Positions 26,788-39,473 of a stretch of DNA of 64,000 bases are shown in pieces. Source of the stretch: Eledone cirrhosa. Taxonomy: Eukaryota. The notes beneath the pieces were generated by a model. It did no database searches, had not been told where the DNA came from, and worked only from the letters and a program-made list of their open reading frames with translations. A program made the translations under genes and the position numbers. The stretch spans positions 103,912,001-103,976,000 of the forward strand of contig OZ024745.1 in assembly GCA_964016885.1 (NCBI GenBank), given 5' to 3'. Within the stretch, counting starts at the first letter, position 1, and each line of letters starts with the position of its first letter.

Positions 26788-27470
26788 CAGGCTCACGCGC
26801 CAGCTCGACCAGCACCGCCTTGCCTGTTTTCGTGCGGCCTCCAAACTCCACAGGCACGCAGCTAGACAACAATAGCCTGCACATCAGCATTTCCTTGAGG
26901 CTCGACCTCCGAATCTGTGAGCCACACCAATGTCGCTGCGGATCCACCATGGACCCTTTCGGCCTCCACCCGCTTTCCTATCGCCACGGTGCCGGCCGCC
27001 TTCCATGCCATGCTGCCCTCAACGAGGTCATAAAGCATGGCTTGGATGCTGCAGGCTTCCCTTCCCACCTCGAGCCAGTGGGGCTGGACCAAGGGGATGG
27101 CATGACCATATTCCGGTGGCAAACTCCTCGTCTGGGATGCCACTTGAACCGACACTTTCTGCAACCGCAACCTGGTCCAGTCTGCGACTAACCCGGATTC
27201 TGCTACTCATCGGGCCAAGGAGGCTAAACTCCTCAAATACCAGTCACTCTCCGACAGGTTTGCGGTTGTACCCCTGGCAGTGGAGACTTCTAGTGTCCTC
27301 GGCCCTAGGGCTACCTCTCTACTCACCACCATAGGCGCTGAACTGCCCAGCCACAGGGGTGAGCCCCGCAAGTTGAAGTGGCTTTTCCAGCGCGTCTCCC
27401 TTGCCATCCTCTGGGGAAACGCCTTCTCTATTCTGACCGCCCAATCGCGTATCATTCCATATTTAATTAT
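26788..27470 (+). mobile_element. CRE-clade (RLE-type) non-LTR retrotransposon 3' relic
   Basis: GC-rich island encoding LRLDLRICEPHQCRCG..GLHPLS..H (CCHC-like), GKLLVWDAT, PLAVETSSVLG, LFQRVSLAILWGNA; frameshifted. Confidence 0.8.
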
Positions 27471-28408
27471 GGTCGGTATGTGTATGTTTATGTTTTGGAT
27501 GTTGACGAAGGCGATTATAATTATATACTGAGCTTTGCCAGATTATTTTTACGTCTTTTTCTGTCTTTCGTAGGAAAACCCACTAACATTAAGTTATGTA
27601 ATTTCTTTACAGTTGCATTTATGAACTCTTATGTTTAAGGGAGTTATTGGTATTATTTGGATTAGTAATCATTGTTAAAACTTTCTACTTAATAGCTACA
27701 ATAGTTTCAAAGATACAAGAACAGACACCCACGTGATTAACCAAACAAACTACAAATAAATTACACTGGCAATTATATTTGGTGGTTAGATATGTTGCAT
27801 GGTGGAAGTGGGGGTGATGATAACAATGCACAGCATGGAATTAGTAATGCTTCCTAAACTACTCTACCAATGCAATCTTCACTAAGATAAAACCTTTTAT
27901 CAGACAATGTTAAACTGATAAACTATTTATTCTCATGCTTGTAAAATCAAATAATCAAGCATCGTAAAACTTTGTTTTAAACTTTTCTATGTGGTATTTT
28001 ATTTATTTATTTCAATACCAGAAGTACCATTATCCATGATCAAAAGAAATACCACTTCAAAAAGCAGATGCACCACCACCCAATGTTGTTATTCAGGGTT
28101 AGAAGAGGCATTATTTCAAGACCGGACATAACTCACTATTTCTTTGAAGGTGCAGTGAAACAATTTGAAGAAGTATTGTTTTAATGCTGGATGTAACATT
28201 GTCTAAATTTTTTTCTAATGGAATGAAAAGATTTGGGAAATGTTATTTCAGTACTGGATATTGTATATAAATACACACACATACACACACTTCGTGTGTG
28301 TACTTATCTGTTTACTGTTTGTGTCCTCTAAGTTAGGGGACACAATATGGTTGAAGTCAAATGGCTGAAACCAGTGAAAGAATAAATGTGAGTGCGTGTA
28401 TGTGTGTG

Positions 28409-28411
<3 letters not shown>

Positions 28412-28482
<71 letters not shown>

Positions 28483-28708
28483 ATAATAATAAAATTGAAG
28501 ACTAAAATCCAAAGAGGGCTCGATAAGGAAAATATATATCAGATATATAAGAACCGTAGAGCAAATATTTATTAAAATAACAGATTAAAGTTTAAGCAAA
28601 GAATCGCTGCTTTCACCCTTAACGGGATCTTCTGAAATTAAGCAGTGATTCTTTGCTTAAACTTTAATCTGTTATTTTAATAAATATATATATATATATA
28701 TATATATA
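28412..28708. mobile_element. Penelope-like relic with 45-bp inverted repeat, embedded in (TA)n
   Basis: Arms 28568-28612 / 28640-28684; hammerhead-like segment on the - strand between them. Confidence 0.55.
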
Positions 28709-28779
28709 CCTTGCAAGCAGGGAAAAGCGGACGTAAAATGATGATGATGATGATGATATATGTATTATATATACATATT

Positions 28780-29585
28780 GCCCAATTGCACCTCTCAAAG
28801 GCAATGACACAGGACTGAGATCTCTGGCATTACACAGTAATACAGAAGACCCAACTTCCTACAGGCACAGGCTGAAGCGGAAGCATATATACAGTATGCG
28901 CCCTACACCTTCCTAGTGTAAAGCAGTCATGTAGGTGTCACAACAAAAAGCACTAAGCCCACACTGTAAAATGGTCGTGTAGGTGTCATGGCAAAAAGCA
29001 CCCAGTCCACACTGTAAAGTGGTTGTGTAGGCGTCATGACAAAAAACACCCAGTACTCATGTAAATGTGGTTGGCATTAGGAACGGCATCCAGCTGCAGA
29101 AACCAAGCCAAAATCAGTCCTGTATGAGCAAGACATGGTCACCTGACCTCGTATTGTTTACAACAGGACAACTCGTATAACTCATGGTAGTGTGGAAAAT
29201 TGATGTAAAATAGTAATGATGATGATGATGATGATGTATATATATGTATATTACATTCACCCAGTCCACATTGTAAAGCAGTCGTTTTGGTACCATAATA
29301 AAAAGCAACCAGTCAACACTGTAAAGTGATTGTTTTGGTGACATGGCAAAAAACACCCAGTACACATTGTAGAGTTGGCGTTTTGGTGCCACGATAAAAA
29401 GCACCCAGTCCACACTGTAAATGTGGTTGGCGTTAGAAAGGGCATCCAGCCATAGAAATCAAACCAGAAACAGTTCTGTATGAGCAAGATATGGTCATCT
29501 GATCTGAGTTGTCTCACAATGGGACAACTCATCTAACTCGTGCAAGCGTGGAAAAATGAACGTTAAACAGCGATGATGATGGTGA
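28780..29585 (+). mobile_element. Two tandem 5'-truncated copies of the RTE family carrying 48-bp units
   Basis: SKAMTQD*DLWHYTVIQKT matches the LINE C-terminus at 52686-52760; two (ATG)n tails at about 29235 and 29585. Confidence 0.8.
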
Positions 29586-29592
29586 TATACAT

Positions 29593-30400
29593 TCTTCTTC
29601 TTCTTCTTCTTTTTCTTTTTCTTTTTCTTCTTCTTCTTCTTCTTCTTCTTTGTCCACTTTTTCCTGAGAAAGTTGTAGAGGCAGATTTCTCAAACACTCC
29701 TTCCAGTGGGTCCTGTCAGAAGCAACCGTCTCCAACTGATCTGGCTGGATCCCCAAGTTAGACCAACCAAGCTCATGGATGTTATCTAACCATCTTGCTC
29801 AGGGTCTACCCTTAGGTCTCCTACTGGTTGGTTTTGCCCATAAAATCTGTCCAGAGATTCTTTCCTGAGACATTCTAACCACATGCCTGTAATATCAAAG
29901 TTGTAATGTCTCAATTCGGAGAAATAGTGGCTCTACCAAAGGCCCTTCAGAGGAATCTAATAAAGTCTATGCTAAGTGTCTGGCAAAGAGATGCAGGAAG
30001 ATTGTCAAGTCCAAGCTAGCTGAAGAACAGTGTGGTTTATGCCCTGGACGCAGCACTTGATAGGTTTGATACCAAATGCTACATGGCTGGAATGAAAATC
30101 AGTGTTGCAAAAACTGAGACGCTCATCCTCTCAAAGAAGCCTGTGCAGTGTACTCTGCATGTGAATGGAGTTTGGCTTTTATGCCTACCTCCCTTCTTAT
30201 TATTACCAAATGCTGAAGTTGGAGCATTACTGCACAAATTCCTGCAATTCTTGCACTTAATTCAGCATTTGGTAATAATAAGAAGGGAGGTAGGCATAAA
30301 AGCCAAACTCACTAACTTCAATTCGATGCCAACCCTTACCTATGGTCATGTATCTTAGGTAATGACTGAAAGAATATTACCATGAATACAAGTGGTCGAA
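29593..30400. mobile_element. RTE LINE relic with 5' inversion
   Basis: - strand 29940-29650: VEPLFLRIE..RHVVRMSQE..GRP..WLDNI then (GAA)n tail; + strand 29960-30400: KVYAKCL..EEQCG, GMKISVAKTETL, PTLTYGH..VMTER. Confidence 0.8.
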
Positions 30401-32688
30401 AATGAAAAAAAAAGAACAAAGAGCAAAGAGGAAAGTAGAAAAACAAGAGAAAAGAGGGATTAGTTAGGAATCAGATATAGTGTGCTGAGGAGATTGCATT
30501 GGGGCTTAGTGTTAAGGTTTGAGTTGAAGTTTAGTGTAATTGCTTGTTTTAAATAAACTTATTTTTGTTACAAGTAATGATTAGGGTAAGTTGTCCTATG
30601 AAATTTCACTGGTATAGAGACTTGACGCATATGGATGAATTCTTTTGAAGAGGAAGACTGATGAAAACGTTGTCCGAAATGGTGAAACCTGATTTTAAAA
30701 CGAAACAATGAAAGAACAAATATTGGACTAAAGCTGTGCTAGAAGAGACCCATGTCAATTAACTCTTAATCTGAATCGTTAGGGCTAGAATAAAGTTAGT
30801 TGTTAAAGTTTCTGACTCTGATGTTGAAATTTTGTTGCAAGCGAACTGTTTGTTCAAAAATATATTTTCTATTGTTTTGATATTGTATTTTTTATTTCAG
30901 CCCCTCAATTTTTTTTATTAAGAATTAAGTTTCTTACACTCCTTTAGTGGTTGGATTTAGGGTTAGTGTTGCGGGTAGGGCTTAGAGCAATTTCAGCCTT
31001 TTCATTCGAGGAAACAGTAGTTGGAGTTATAGTTAATGGACAGGGTTTAAGAGTTAGCTATTATGGTTAGAAACTCGTGTTGGATTGAGTTGTTATGTTC
31101 TCTACTTAGTTTCATTGGGCTTAGTATTAAATATATGTGTATTTATGTAATATGAAATCAACATTTCCTATGGACAATCAGGCCTAAAGGAAAATAATTT
31201 TACATGTCTTACTCCGTATTGCACACAGGCTATCCCCCCCCCCTTCTATAATAAATGTGTTTTTCTAGACTAAATTATATAGAGCAGTCTTCTGCTGCAT
31301 TACTTATCTCCCTTCTATTACAAATCTGGTTATACTTGTGTGTGAGAGTATGTAAGTACAAAAATTATATTGTTCATAAATCATGTCCATTAACTTTAAA
31401 AAGTTTACTCCTAATTTCAAGATCGTGTTTAAGGTACAAGGTTAAAGTTAGAGTTTGTTGGGGTCTAATTTAGGGGGTTATTTGTTAAATTTAGAGCCAA
31501 TATTTAGTACTAGGCTTTAGTGCTCCCCTTTCTAATATAAATATGGTATTTTTATAAACTAAAAAATTCGAAGTTTGAAAGCCACAACAACCGCAAACTT
31601 CTAATTCTTTATACCATATACAATGTTTCAGGTAAATTAAAAATTCCTCCTTTATAAACTAAATTTAATTTAAGTGTTTGCAATTATATAGAAGTTGGTG
31701 TTAAGACTCGAGTAATTAGTTTTCTTCTGCATTAGATAGTAGTTATATCCTTTTTATTAAGGTTGTGGTTGGGGTTATGTTATGGTTATTGCTAGGACAT
31801 TGGAGGGATTTAAAGTGGGATAAGGAGATATAACTACTAATTAATGCAGCAGAAAACATATGGTAATTGCTCTACAGTCCTAACATTAACTTCTATATGC
31901 AAACATATTAAATTAAATTTAGTGTATAAAAATACCATATTTATAATAGGTGGATCACTAAAGCCTAACACTAAATATTGACTCTAAATTTAACAAATAA
32001 CCCATAAATTCAAACCATCCAAATACTAACGCTATCCTTACATCCTAACTATGACTGTGAACATTACCGCCAGCCTTAATCCAGAAAACCTCATATATCT
32101 CCTTTATTAGACATCCAGTTAGTCTTGGGTGTGTGTAAACACAGAAAAACTATTTTGTTCCTAATTCGAGCCAATAAAAAATTAAAGCTAGTCCCACAGG
32201 TTCTTAGCTGTATGCTTTTAAAGATGCATATGGAATATATTTCTTGATATTATTAAATTTAGTTTGATGAATTATATATATTAGTTATTGCTAGGACCGC
32301 AGATGGTTTGTTGTGGTTGGCTGTTAAGGTTAGAATTAAAGTTAGACCTGATACAGAATTCGATTTGATGCATGGGTAATTGTATATGTTATGGTTATTG
32401 CTCGGATATCAGAGGGTTTTAGGGCTTAGGTTCGCTAGTTTAAAGTTAGTTTTAATGTTCATGGTCATGGTTAGGGTTTAGGGTTATCGTTAGTGTTTGC
32501 TAGATTTGAATCTAGGGTTTAGCTGTTAAGTTCAGCCGAGCCTCAATCAGGACAGGATCGATACTGAGTGTTCATTTTCCTGACATTTGTACATTATTCT
32601 ATGTACTATACATGCACCTTTGATGAGTTGCAGTGCACCTGAGCACTGTACACAATAATTTCATTAATATTATTATTATTATTACACA

Positions 32689-32883
32689 GGGCGGTGGATT
32701 GGCAGTATCGGTAGAGGGTCGGACGCCATGCTTTCCAGCATAGTTATGTCCCTTTACGATCTGAGTTCAAATCCCGCCGAGGTTGACTTTGCCTTTCATC
32801 CTTACGGGGTCGATAAAATAAAGTACCAGTAATGCTCTGGGTAATTGCTGGCCTTGTGCCTAAAATAGAAACAATTATTATTA
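32689..32883 (+). mobile_element. tRNA-derived SINE, full length
   Basis: Near-consensus copy; ATTATTATTACA on both sides. Confidence 0.9.
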
Positions 32884-32884
32884 C

Positions 32885-33332
32885 AGTGTCTTGGAATTTG
32901 ACTTCCCCGTAGCTCTCATTGACGAGCTCGAACTTGGACGTGTTGATCTCCAGCCCTAGGTGCCTTAGAGCTGAGGTCCTCAGCAACAGACTAAGTCAAG
33001 CCTCACAGAGTCACGTCATCAAAGTACCAGACATTGAACGGCGAACGGACGAAGTGAGTGATGTTATCAGCAGACTGCGTGAAAAGGTTCAGGCTGAGTG
33101 CATTACAGAGGTTATCCGCTTGGCAGCAGCCATGAGAATGCTGGGTGTCCCATAAGAGAGGTGAGTGAGAGGGTACAAACAGAGAGCACGTCGTAGGCAG
33201 CTCTCTAAACGTGATCCCGTCTAACGTTGTTGAAGACGTTACGCATATCTACCTCACTAGGATATGGGAAGACGAAGTGGGCGTGTGCTCTGTAAAGGGT
33301 CTGGTCGCATAAGCTGACACCTCACAATAACA
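32885..33332. mobile_element. Truncated copy of the probable solo LTR at 34208-35160
   Basis: Colinear similarity to 34708-35160, with the same ..CACCTCACAATAACA end. Confidence 0.55.
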
Positions 33333-33564
33333 CTTAACTCACACTCTGAGCTAGACAGGTCATTATTGTGTGTGTGTATGTGTAAGAGAGAGAGAGAGTG
33401 TATGTGTAAATAGAAAAACTGATTTGTTTATAAACCACACAAATTTACTTTATCAAGGGAGGTTACTCCTACAATTCTTTGCTTTTTTAAGAGTTATTTC
33501 CCTTGTATTACAAATATTGTTCTGATTTGTGTGAATAAACTATTTTGTTCATAAATCGTGAGGT

Positions 33565-34192
33565 AGTGATGCTAGAGCTGTGAAATCTTGCATGCATTAA
33601 TTTCAACTGTTCTTATTTATAACTGCATTGTTTATTCCCAAATGAAATGATATCAAGTACCTAAATAAAAAGTATTTAGCCCCCAAGGACATTCATGCTG
33701 AAGTGCTTGCTACATTAGGGGATGACGCTCCGTCTTTATCAACAGAGAAAAAGTGGGCAAGGCAGAGTCTTGAAGATGACCCAATGTCTGAACGACCTGC
33801 AATTCACACCACTGAGGAAAACATTGATCGTGTTCACCACATAATGATAGATGACAGGCGATTGACTATATATCAAATGCCCTAATGCTATTAACACATC
33901 TCGAGAGAGTATTGATAATGTTCTGTACAATGAGCTTGCATTGCCGAAGGTTTCTGCTCAGTAGGTGCCATGTCAATCGTCACTTGATCAAAAGTGCACC
34001 AGGCTGACCAAGGGAAAATCTGACATTGTTTGAGACAGATCCAGCTGGTTTCCTCGAACGTTTCCTAACCTAGGGTGAGTGTTGGGTTCATCACTTTGAG
34101 ACAGAGACACTCAACGCAGGGGAATTACCCTCCTAACCTGCTCCAAATAAGTCCATGCTCGTTTCATCTGCAGTCAAGGTGGTGGCCTCAGT
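33565..34192 (+). mobile_element. mariner relic, 5' half
   Basis: KDIHAEVLATLGDDAPSLSTEKKW..SLEDDPMSERP..TEENIDRVHHIMIDDRRLT (mariner HTH region). Confidence 0.85.
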
Positions 34193-34207
34193 CAAAAGGG
34201 CACTAAA

Positions 34208-35160
34208 TGTGATGTGAGGTGGCACACCTAACTCCTAACAAACTCTGACGGTATACTTACACCTAACCATGGTCACGAGTAAGTAGCAGTGAGCAAGGAT
34301 GTAGTCTGGGGGCCAACAATCCCAGAAGTTTCCAACACAAGTCTAACAGAGAGCAGCCAATACTTTCACAGTTTGCCCTCCTCTGCCTATTGAGTGGCGA
34401 TGCCTGGGCTGGTAGCGGAACACACCAGGTTGCTGCTAAAGAAGGTGTAACAACATCTAGCATCCCTGATTAGGGGCCTAACCCCGTGGAACGGGAATTT
34501 GGAGATAACAAAGATGTTCCCCAGGAGGAAGAGCGCGCCGGATACGTGTCGATGAGGCATAATTTCTCCGTCATCCTCATCAGGTCTGCATGCTTGGTCT
34601 CCAGGCATTCACATATGTCTTTCGGGCGGATTAGAGAGTCGAGAATGCAGACGGTTTCCTTCGGGTTAGCCGAGCCCCAGTTAGGACAGGTTCAATACTG
34701 AACACAATGACTTGGAATTCGACTTCACCGTAACACACATTTACGACCTGGGATTTGGATGGGTTGATCTCCAGCCCTAGAGCAAGGATGACCCCCAGAC
34801 AAACTTAGTCAAGCCACCTAGAGTTGCGTAGTCAACAGACATTTTACGGCGAGCGGACTGAATGAGTGATATTAATAACAGCCAGAGTGAAAAGGAGCGG
34901 GCCGAGTGGATCCCTTTGCTGGAAACCCATGTCAGAGTTGATCCGCTTGTCAGCAGCCATGTGTGTGCTGGGTGTGTCATAAGAGAGATGCGTTACAACG
35001 TGCAAGGAGGGAGCACGTCTTTGATAGTTCTCTAAATGTGATCCCGTGTAACGCTGTTGAAAACGTTACGCATGCCCAACCTCACTAACAAGAGAGGTGA
35101 GCATGAAGGCGTGTGTTGTATAAGCTGTCTGGTCGCATATGCTGCCACCTTACATCAACA
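34208..35160. mobile_element. Probable solo LTR (953 bp)
   Basis: TG...CA ends with extended terminal inverted match (TGTGATGTGAGGTGGCA / TGCCACCTTACATCAACA); flanks CTAAA / CTTAA (4 of 5 match); GC-richer than surroundings, no credible coding signal. Confidence 0.5.
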
Positions 35161-35544
35161 CTTAACTCACAATCCGAGCTGGATAGGTCTGTCTTTTGTA
35201 TGAGTGTGTGTGTAAATAAATAAACTGCCAATTATTAGGTCCTTAAGTATAAATTGTCCGATCGATTTCCTTATAAACTTTTAACTTGAAATCGGACATT
35301 TTATATTTAATGACCATATACTTTTGATAAGGGAGTTTACTTCTATAACTTTTTAGCTTTCTGCATTTAGAGTGGTTTCCCTTTTATTAGAAAGTTTGAT
35401 TTGATGTGTGTGTGTAAAAATAGCTATTTCATTTATAAACGTTAGGTAGGAGAAATAACGCTCAAAGCATACAGCTAAAAACCTGTGAGACGAATCTCCT
35501 TTGCATGTGAAATACATTTGATTTCATGCATAGGCAATTGTATA

Positions 35545-36751
35545 CGGGGGTGGACTAAAAGGCTCATAGGCTGCTTATGAAAGAAGTGGCTAGAGCTGTG
35601 AGATCTTGCATGCATTAATTTTACCTCTTCTTAATAATTGCAGTTTCTTTCCAGGTAAATTGACATCTGACTGTTCAAAGAAGACTTTAAATGTAATTGG
35701 TAGCAACTTCTCTTGAAAATTGACAAAATTTGCCATCGTGGTATTATTAAGTACCTGCAGAAAAAGGTTTTAGCCCTCAAGTACATTCATGCTGATATAG
35801 TTGCTACATTAGAGGCTGACACTTTAGCTTTATCATTCTCAACAATGCAAAAGTGGGCATCTGAATTTAGGTGAGGAAAGGGGTGTATCAGACCTGATCC
35901 AATGTCTGGATGTCCTGCAACTAGAACCACCAAGGAAGACATTGATCATGCTCCCCACATGACAATTGACTATAAATCAAATAGCCATTGCTATTAGCAT
36001 ATCGAGCGAGAGAGTGGATAATATTCTGCCCAAGGAACTTGGCATGATAAAGGTTTCTGCTTGGTGGGTGCCAAGTCTTCTGACACCTGATCAAAAGCGG
36101 ACCAGGCTGATCATATGTGAAAATCTGACATTGTTTAAGACAGATCCAGCTGGCTTTCTAACCGAGAATATGTGTTGGGTCCATTGCTTTGTGACAATCC
36201 ATGCAGTGGAAACACCCATCCTCACCTGCTCCAAAAGTCAATGTCGTTTCATCTGCAGAGAGGGTGATAGCCCAAGTTTCCTGGGATTGACTGTCTTCAA
36301 AAAGGCCACAACATCAATGAAGAGTACTATGCCAATTTGCTGAGGAAGTTAAAAAAAATCTACCCAGACCAAGCACCTAGGAAAGCCGATGAAAGGGGTT
36401 TTGTTTCATAAGGACAATGCTTCAGCACAGAAGTCCTTGTTTTCAACGGCTGCTGTGCATGACTCTCTTTCAACAGGTTCATCATCCTCCCTATTCTGAC
36501 TTGGCCCTATCTATCTATCATCCGTTCCCCAATATGAAAAATCATTTGCCTGGGAACCAGTATTGCAGTGATTTTCTCATATTTGCTGATGACTTTTTTA
36601 CCAACAAGATGAAAGCTTCTTCAGCAATGGGATTCAAACACTACAACACCAATGGAAAAATTGTGGACCACAGGTTCTACTGTGTTGAAAAATAAACCTC
36701 AATTGATCAAATTCCATGGTCAACCTATGCACTTTTTAGTCGACAATCATG
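35545..36751 (+). mobile_element. mariner transposon, near full-length pseudogenised copy
   Basis: TIRs of the same family as 4064-4700; KVSAWWVPSLLTPDQK (WVPHEL motif), HKDNASAQ, HHPPYSDLA..FPNMK; many frameshifts. Confidence 0.9.
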
Positions 36752-37980
36752 TTATAATTAATGCTAGGACAGTGGACAGCTCTAGGAGTCAGTACAAGCT
36801 TAACATTATGGTTTGTTGGCCTTTGCTGTTCAGGGTAGAATTAATGTTAGACTTGACAGAGAATTTGATTTGATGCAGGGCAATTATATGTTATTGCTAG
36901 GATATCAGAATATTTTTAGGGTTAGGAATGCTAGATTAAAGTTAGTCTTAATGTTCATAGCCATTGTTTAGGGTTAGCATTTGATTTTGTTGGGATTTGA
37001 ATTTAGGGTTAGGCATTTTTATAGACAAAATTTAATTTAATGTTTGCAACTATATAGAGGATTAATTTAGTGTTTTCAACTGAATTAATTATGAGGTATC
37101 TACCCGTGTGTGAGCATTTCGTCTGAAGACAACTCCCATACTCCTAGCCTAATATAACTTCTACCAGGGTCTCAATCAAAAGAATGGAGAGGATCATGCG
37201 CTGAAGGATGGCAAAGGAGCTGCTGGAACAGCCACTACACCTCGCATCTGCAGGCAACCAACTCTGTTCCAACAGGGGTTAGTGTTAGAGATAGGGAGGG
37301 TGTTAGGATGTTCTTTCCATTATCTTTGTCCTGTGCACCCCCTATTTTGAATTTATATTCTACAGACTGTCATGCAGGTATTTTGAAACTATCATATAAT
37401 AGACATCACACTGCCTGGCCTGATTTCCTCTATTATCCCTTCTTACCTTTTCAACACTGCAGAATCCTTCATTGTCTGCATGTTGGACTAAAGTTATTAT
37501 ACTCTCCTTTCTACTTTGGCTAAGCCTTTGCGCACTCTATATTTGTGTAATTTGACTAAAAGTGTAACTTGTCTCTACCTGTTTTGTTATGCCTCATGTG
37601 CAATTATGTACTAAAACCATAGTGATTTCCAGAGGTTGACTGAGGAGATGAAATAAGTGAATGTATATGTGAATGAAAATGTTTTACATAATTTCACAGC
37701 AGACTTTCACTAACTGAAGAGAAAAAAATACAGCTTACATTAAACCAAATCACAATAACTCACTGACATATTTGTACAGAATTACAATAAAGAAGCAACA
37801 TTAAAAGAGGTGTAGTACTACAAAACTGTGGTGATGGACTATCTTTATTTGATTCTAGTTTGGCAGCACAAAGTCAACTCCATTTTTCATTATCATTCTT
37901 TTCTCCATCAGTAATTCTATGATAAAGACATTTCTAAACAATGAGTTTTGGTAGTGGCAATAACTTAAATGTGAAATTAA

Positions 37981-38201
37981 CCCTTTAGCATTTACATTAC
38001 TCTATATTTACTATTGCATTTTTGTGGCAAAGGCTTTATCTTACATAATTATCTCCCATAATATTGAATCTATGAGATTTTAATGTTATTTATTTTGATA
38101 ACAATACCTTCACATCAGTATGAGTGGCCAGTTAGGGCTGGTTTGAATAGAAAAAGGTGAGAGAATTCTGGCCGGATATGGCTGGTTTAAATTCTAAAGG
38201 G
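37981..38201 (+). mobile_element. piggyBac-type MITE, family 1
   Basis: TTAA-CCCTTTAGCATTTA ... CTAAAGGG-TCAA. Confidence 0.82.
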
Positions 38202-39403
38202 TCAATTTATATTTAGAAGTTAACTTAATTAACTCTCGTTCAGAGTTACCAAAATAGCTGATGGTTAATTTAATAAATAATAATTCCATTAACAAAGTGA
38301 GCAGCTGAGAAAAAAAAACTAATGTAATGCAACCTTTATTAATGTAACTGCCATTACAACAAAGAAGACACCACAACATAGTGCAGCATTCAAGACAAAT
38401 AGCATGTCACATGCTCATTATAGCTTAAAGCTAAAATATCAGTCTATACTGTCCACTCTCCTCCGTGTTGCTGTATTTTAAGAAGAATTTCTTCAGAGAG
38501 TGGATGTGGTGGTAATTGGTAGTGTCTCAGTAGTGAGATAACCATTACATATTTAGATATAGTAGATTTAGGGGAGCTTGATTAACTGTAGTGGAATAAG
38601 GGTAAGTAAGGGGTAAAGAGCCTATGACTTTTGATGGAGTTGTAGATGTGCTGTCCTGACATGGTATGTCTTGGGCATTTAAAATCTGGTAGAGCCCATC
38701 CCTCTCCAACGGGTTTCTAAAGAGAAGAGAGAAAGAGAAAGTGGTACAGAGGAAGAACCAGCCCCATTACTGGACTGGTAGTTTATTTATTGACCTCAAA
38801 AAGATAAAAAGTAAAGTTGACCTTGGTAGGATTTGAACTCGGAGTGCAGTGAGCTAGAACAAATACTGAGGCATTTTTAATCCAATGAGTAGGATAAGGA
38901 ATATGTTTTCAAGAGCAAGCCAATATCTTAGCATTTAGGATGAAAAAAAAAATTAAATATCAAAAGTTACAAAACAAAATTCTGAATCATTATACTCTTT
39001 TTAATTGCCAAGAGAAATTCTGAAACAAACAAACAAATAAATAACGAGCGTGCACACACACACATATACATAAATAGGATATAAGAAACTGATGGAGACA
39101 ACAGAACATCCTAGAGTAGTCGAGGCAACAAGGGGTGAATTGATAGATTATCTTTCAGGCTGGTAGAAAAATATAAGTAGAGATACTTGTTAGATTAAAA
39201 AAAAACCTTCATTTAAGAAAGCTGTCTTCAGGTTTTCTTTCAATTAACAGTAAACATACCAATAATTTCATTAAAATAGAGATGGTCTGACAACAGGCAG
39301 CTAGAATGTTTCAGTAACCAATTCCATGTTACAAGTAAACATAAACGTTATATAAACTGAGGAAATGAATAAATATTCTAACATTTCTGAAACAAAACAA
39401 TAA

Positions 39404-39473
<70 letters not shown>

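Noticed and set aside
30655-30700. CTGATGA...GAAA as a hammerhead (also 34555-34585 on the - strand)
   Set aside because: No stem II or stem I pairing could be drawn.
30480-32530. Interstitial telomeric array
   Set aside because: TTAGGG words are scattered, not tandem.
32689-32780. tRNA gene
   Set aside because: A/B-box-like head of a multi-copy SINE; I could not fold a cloverleaf and it runs straight into the SINE body.
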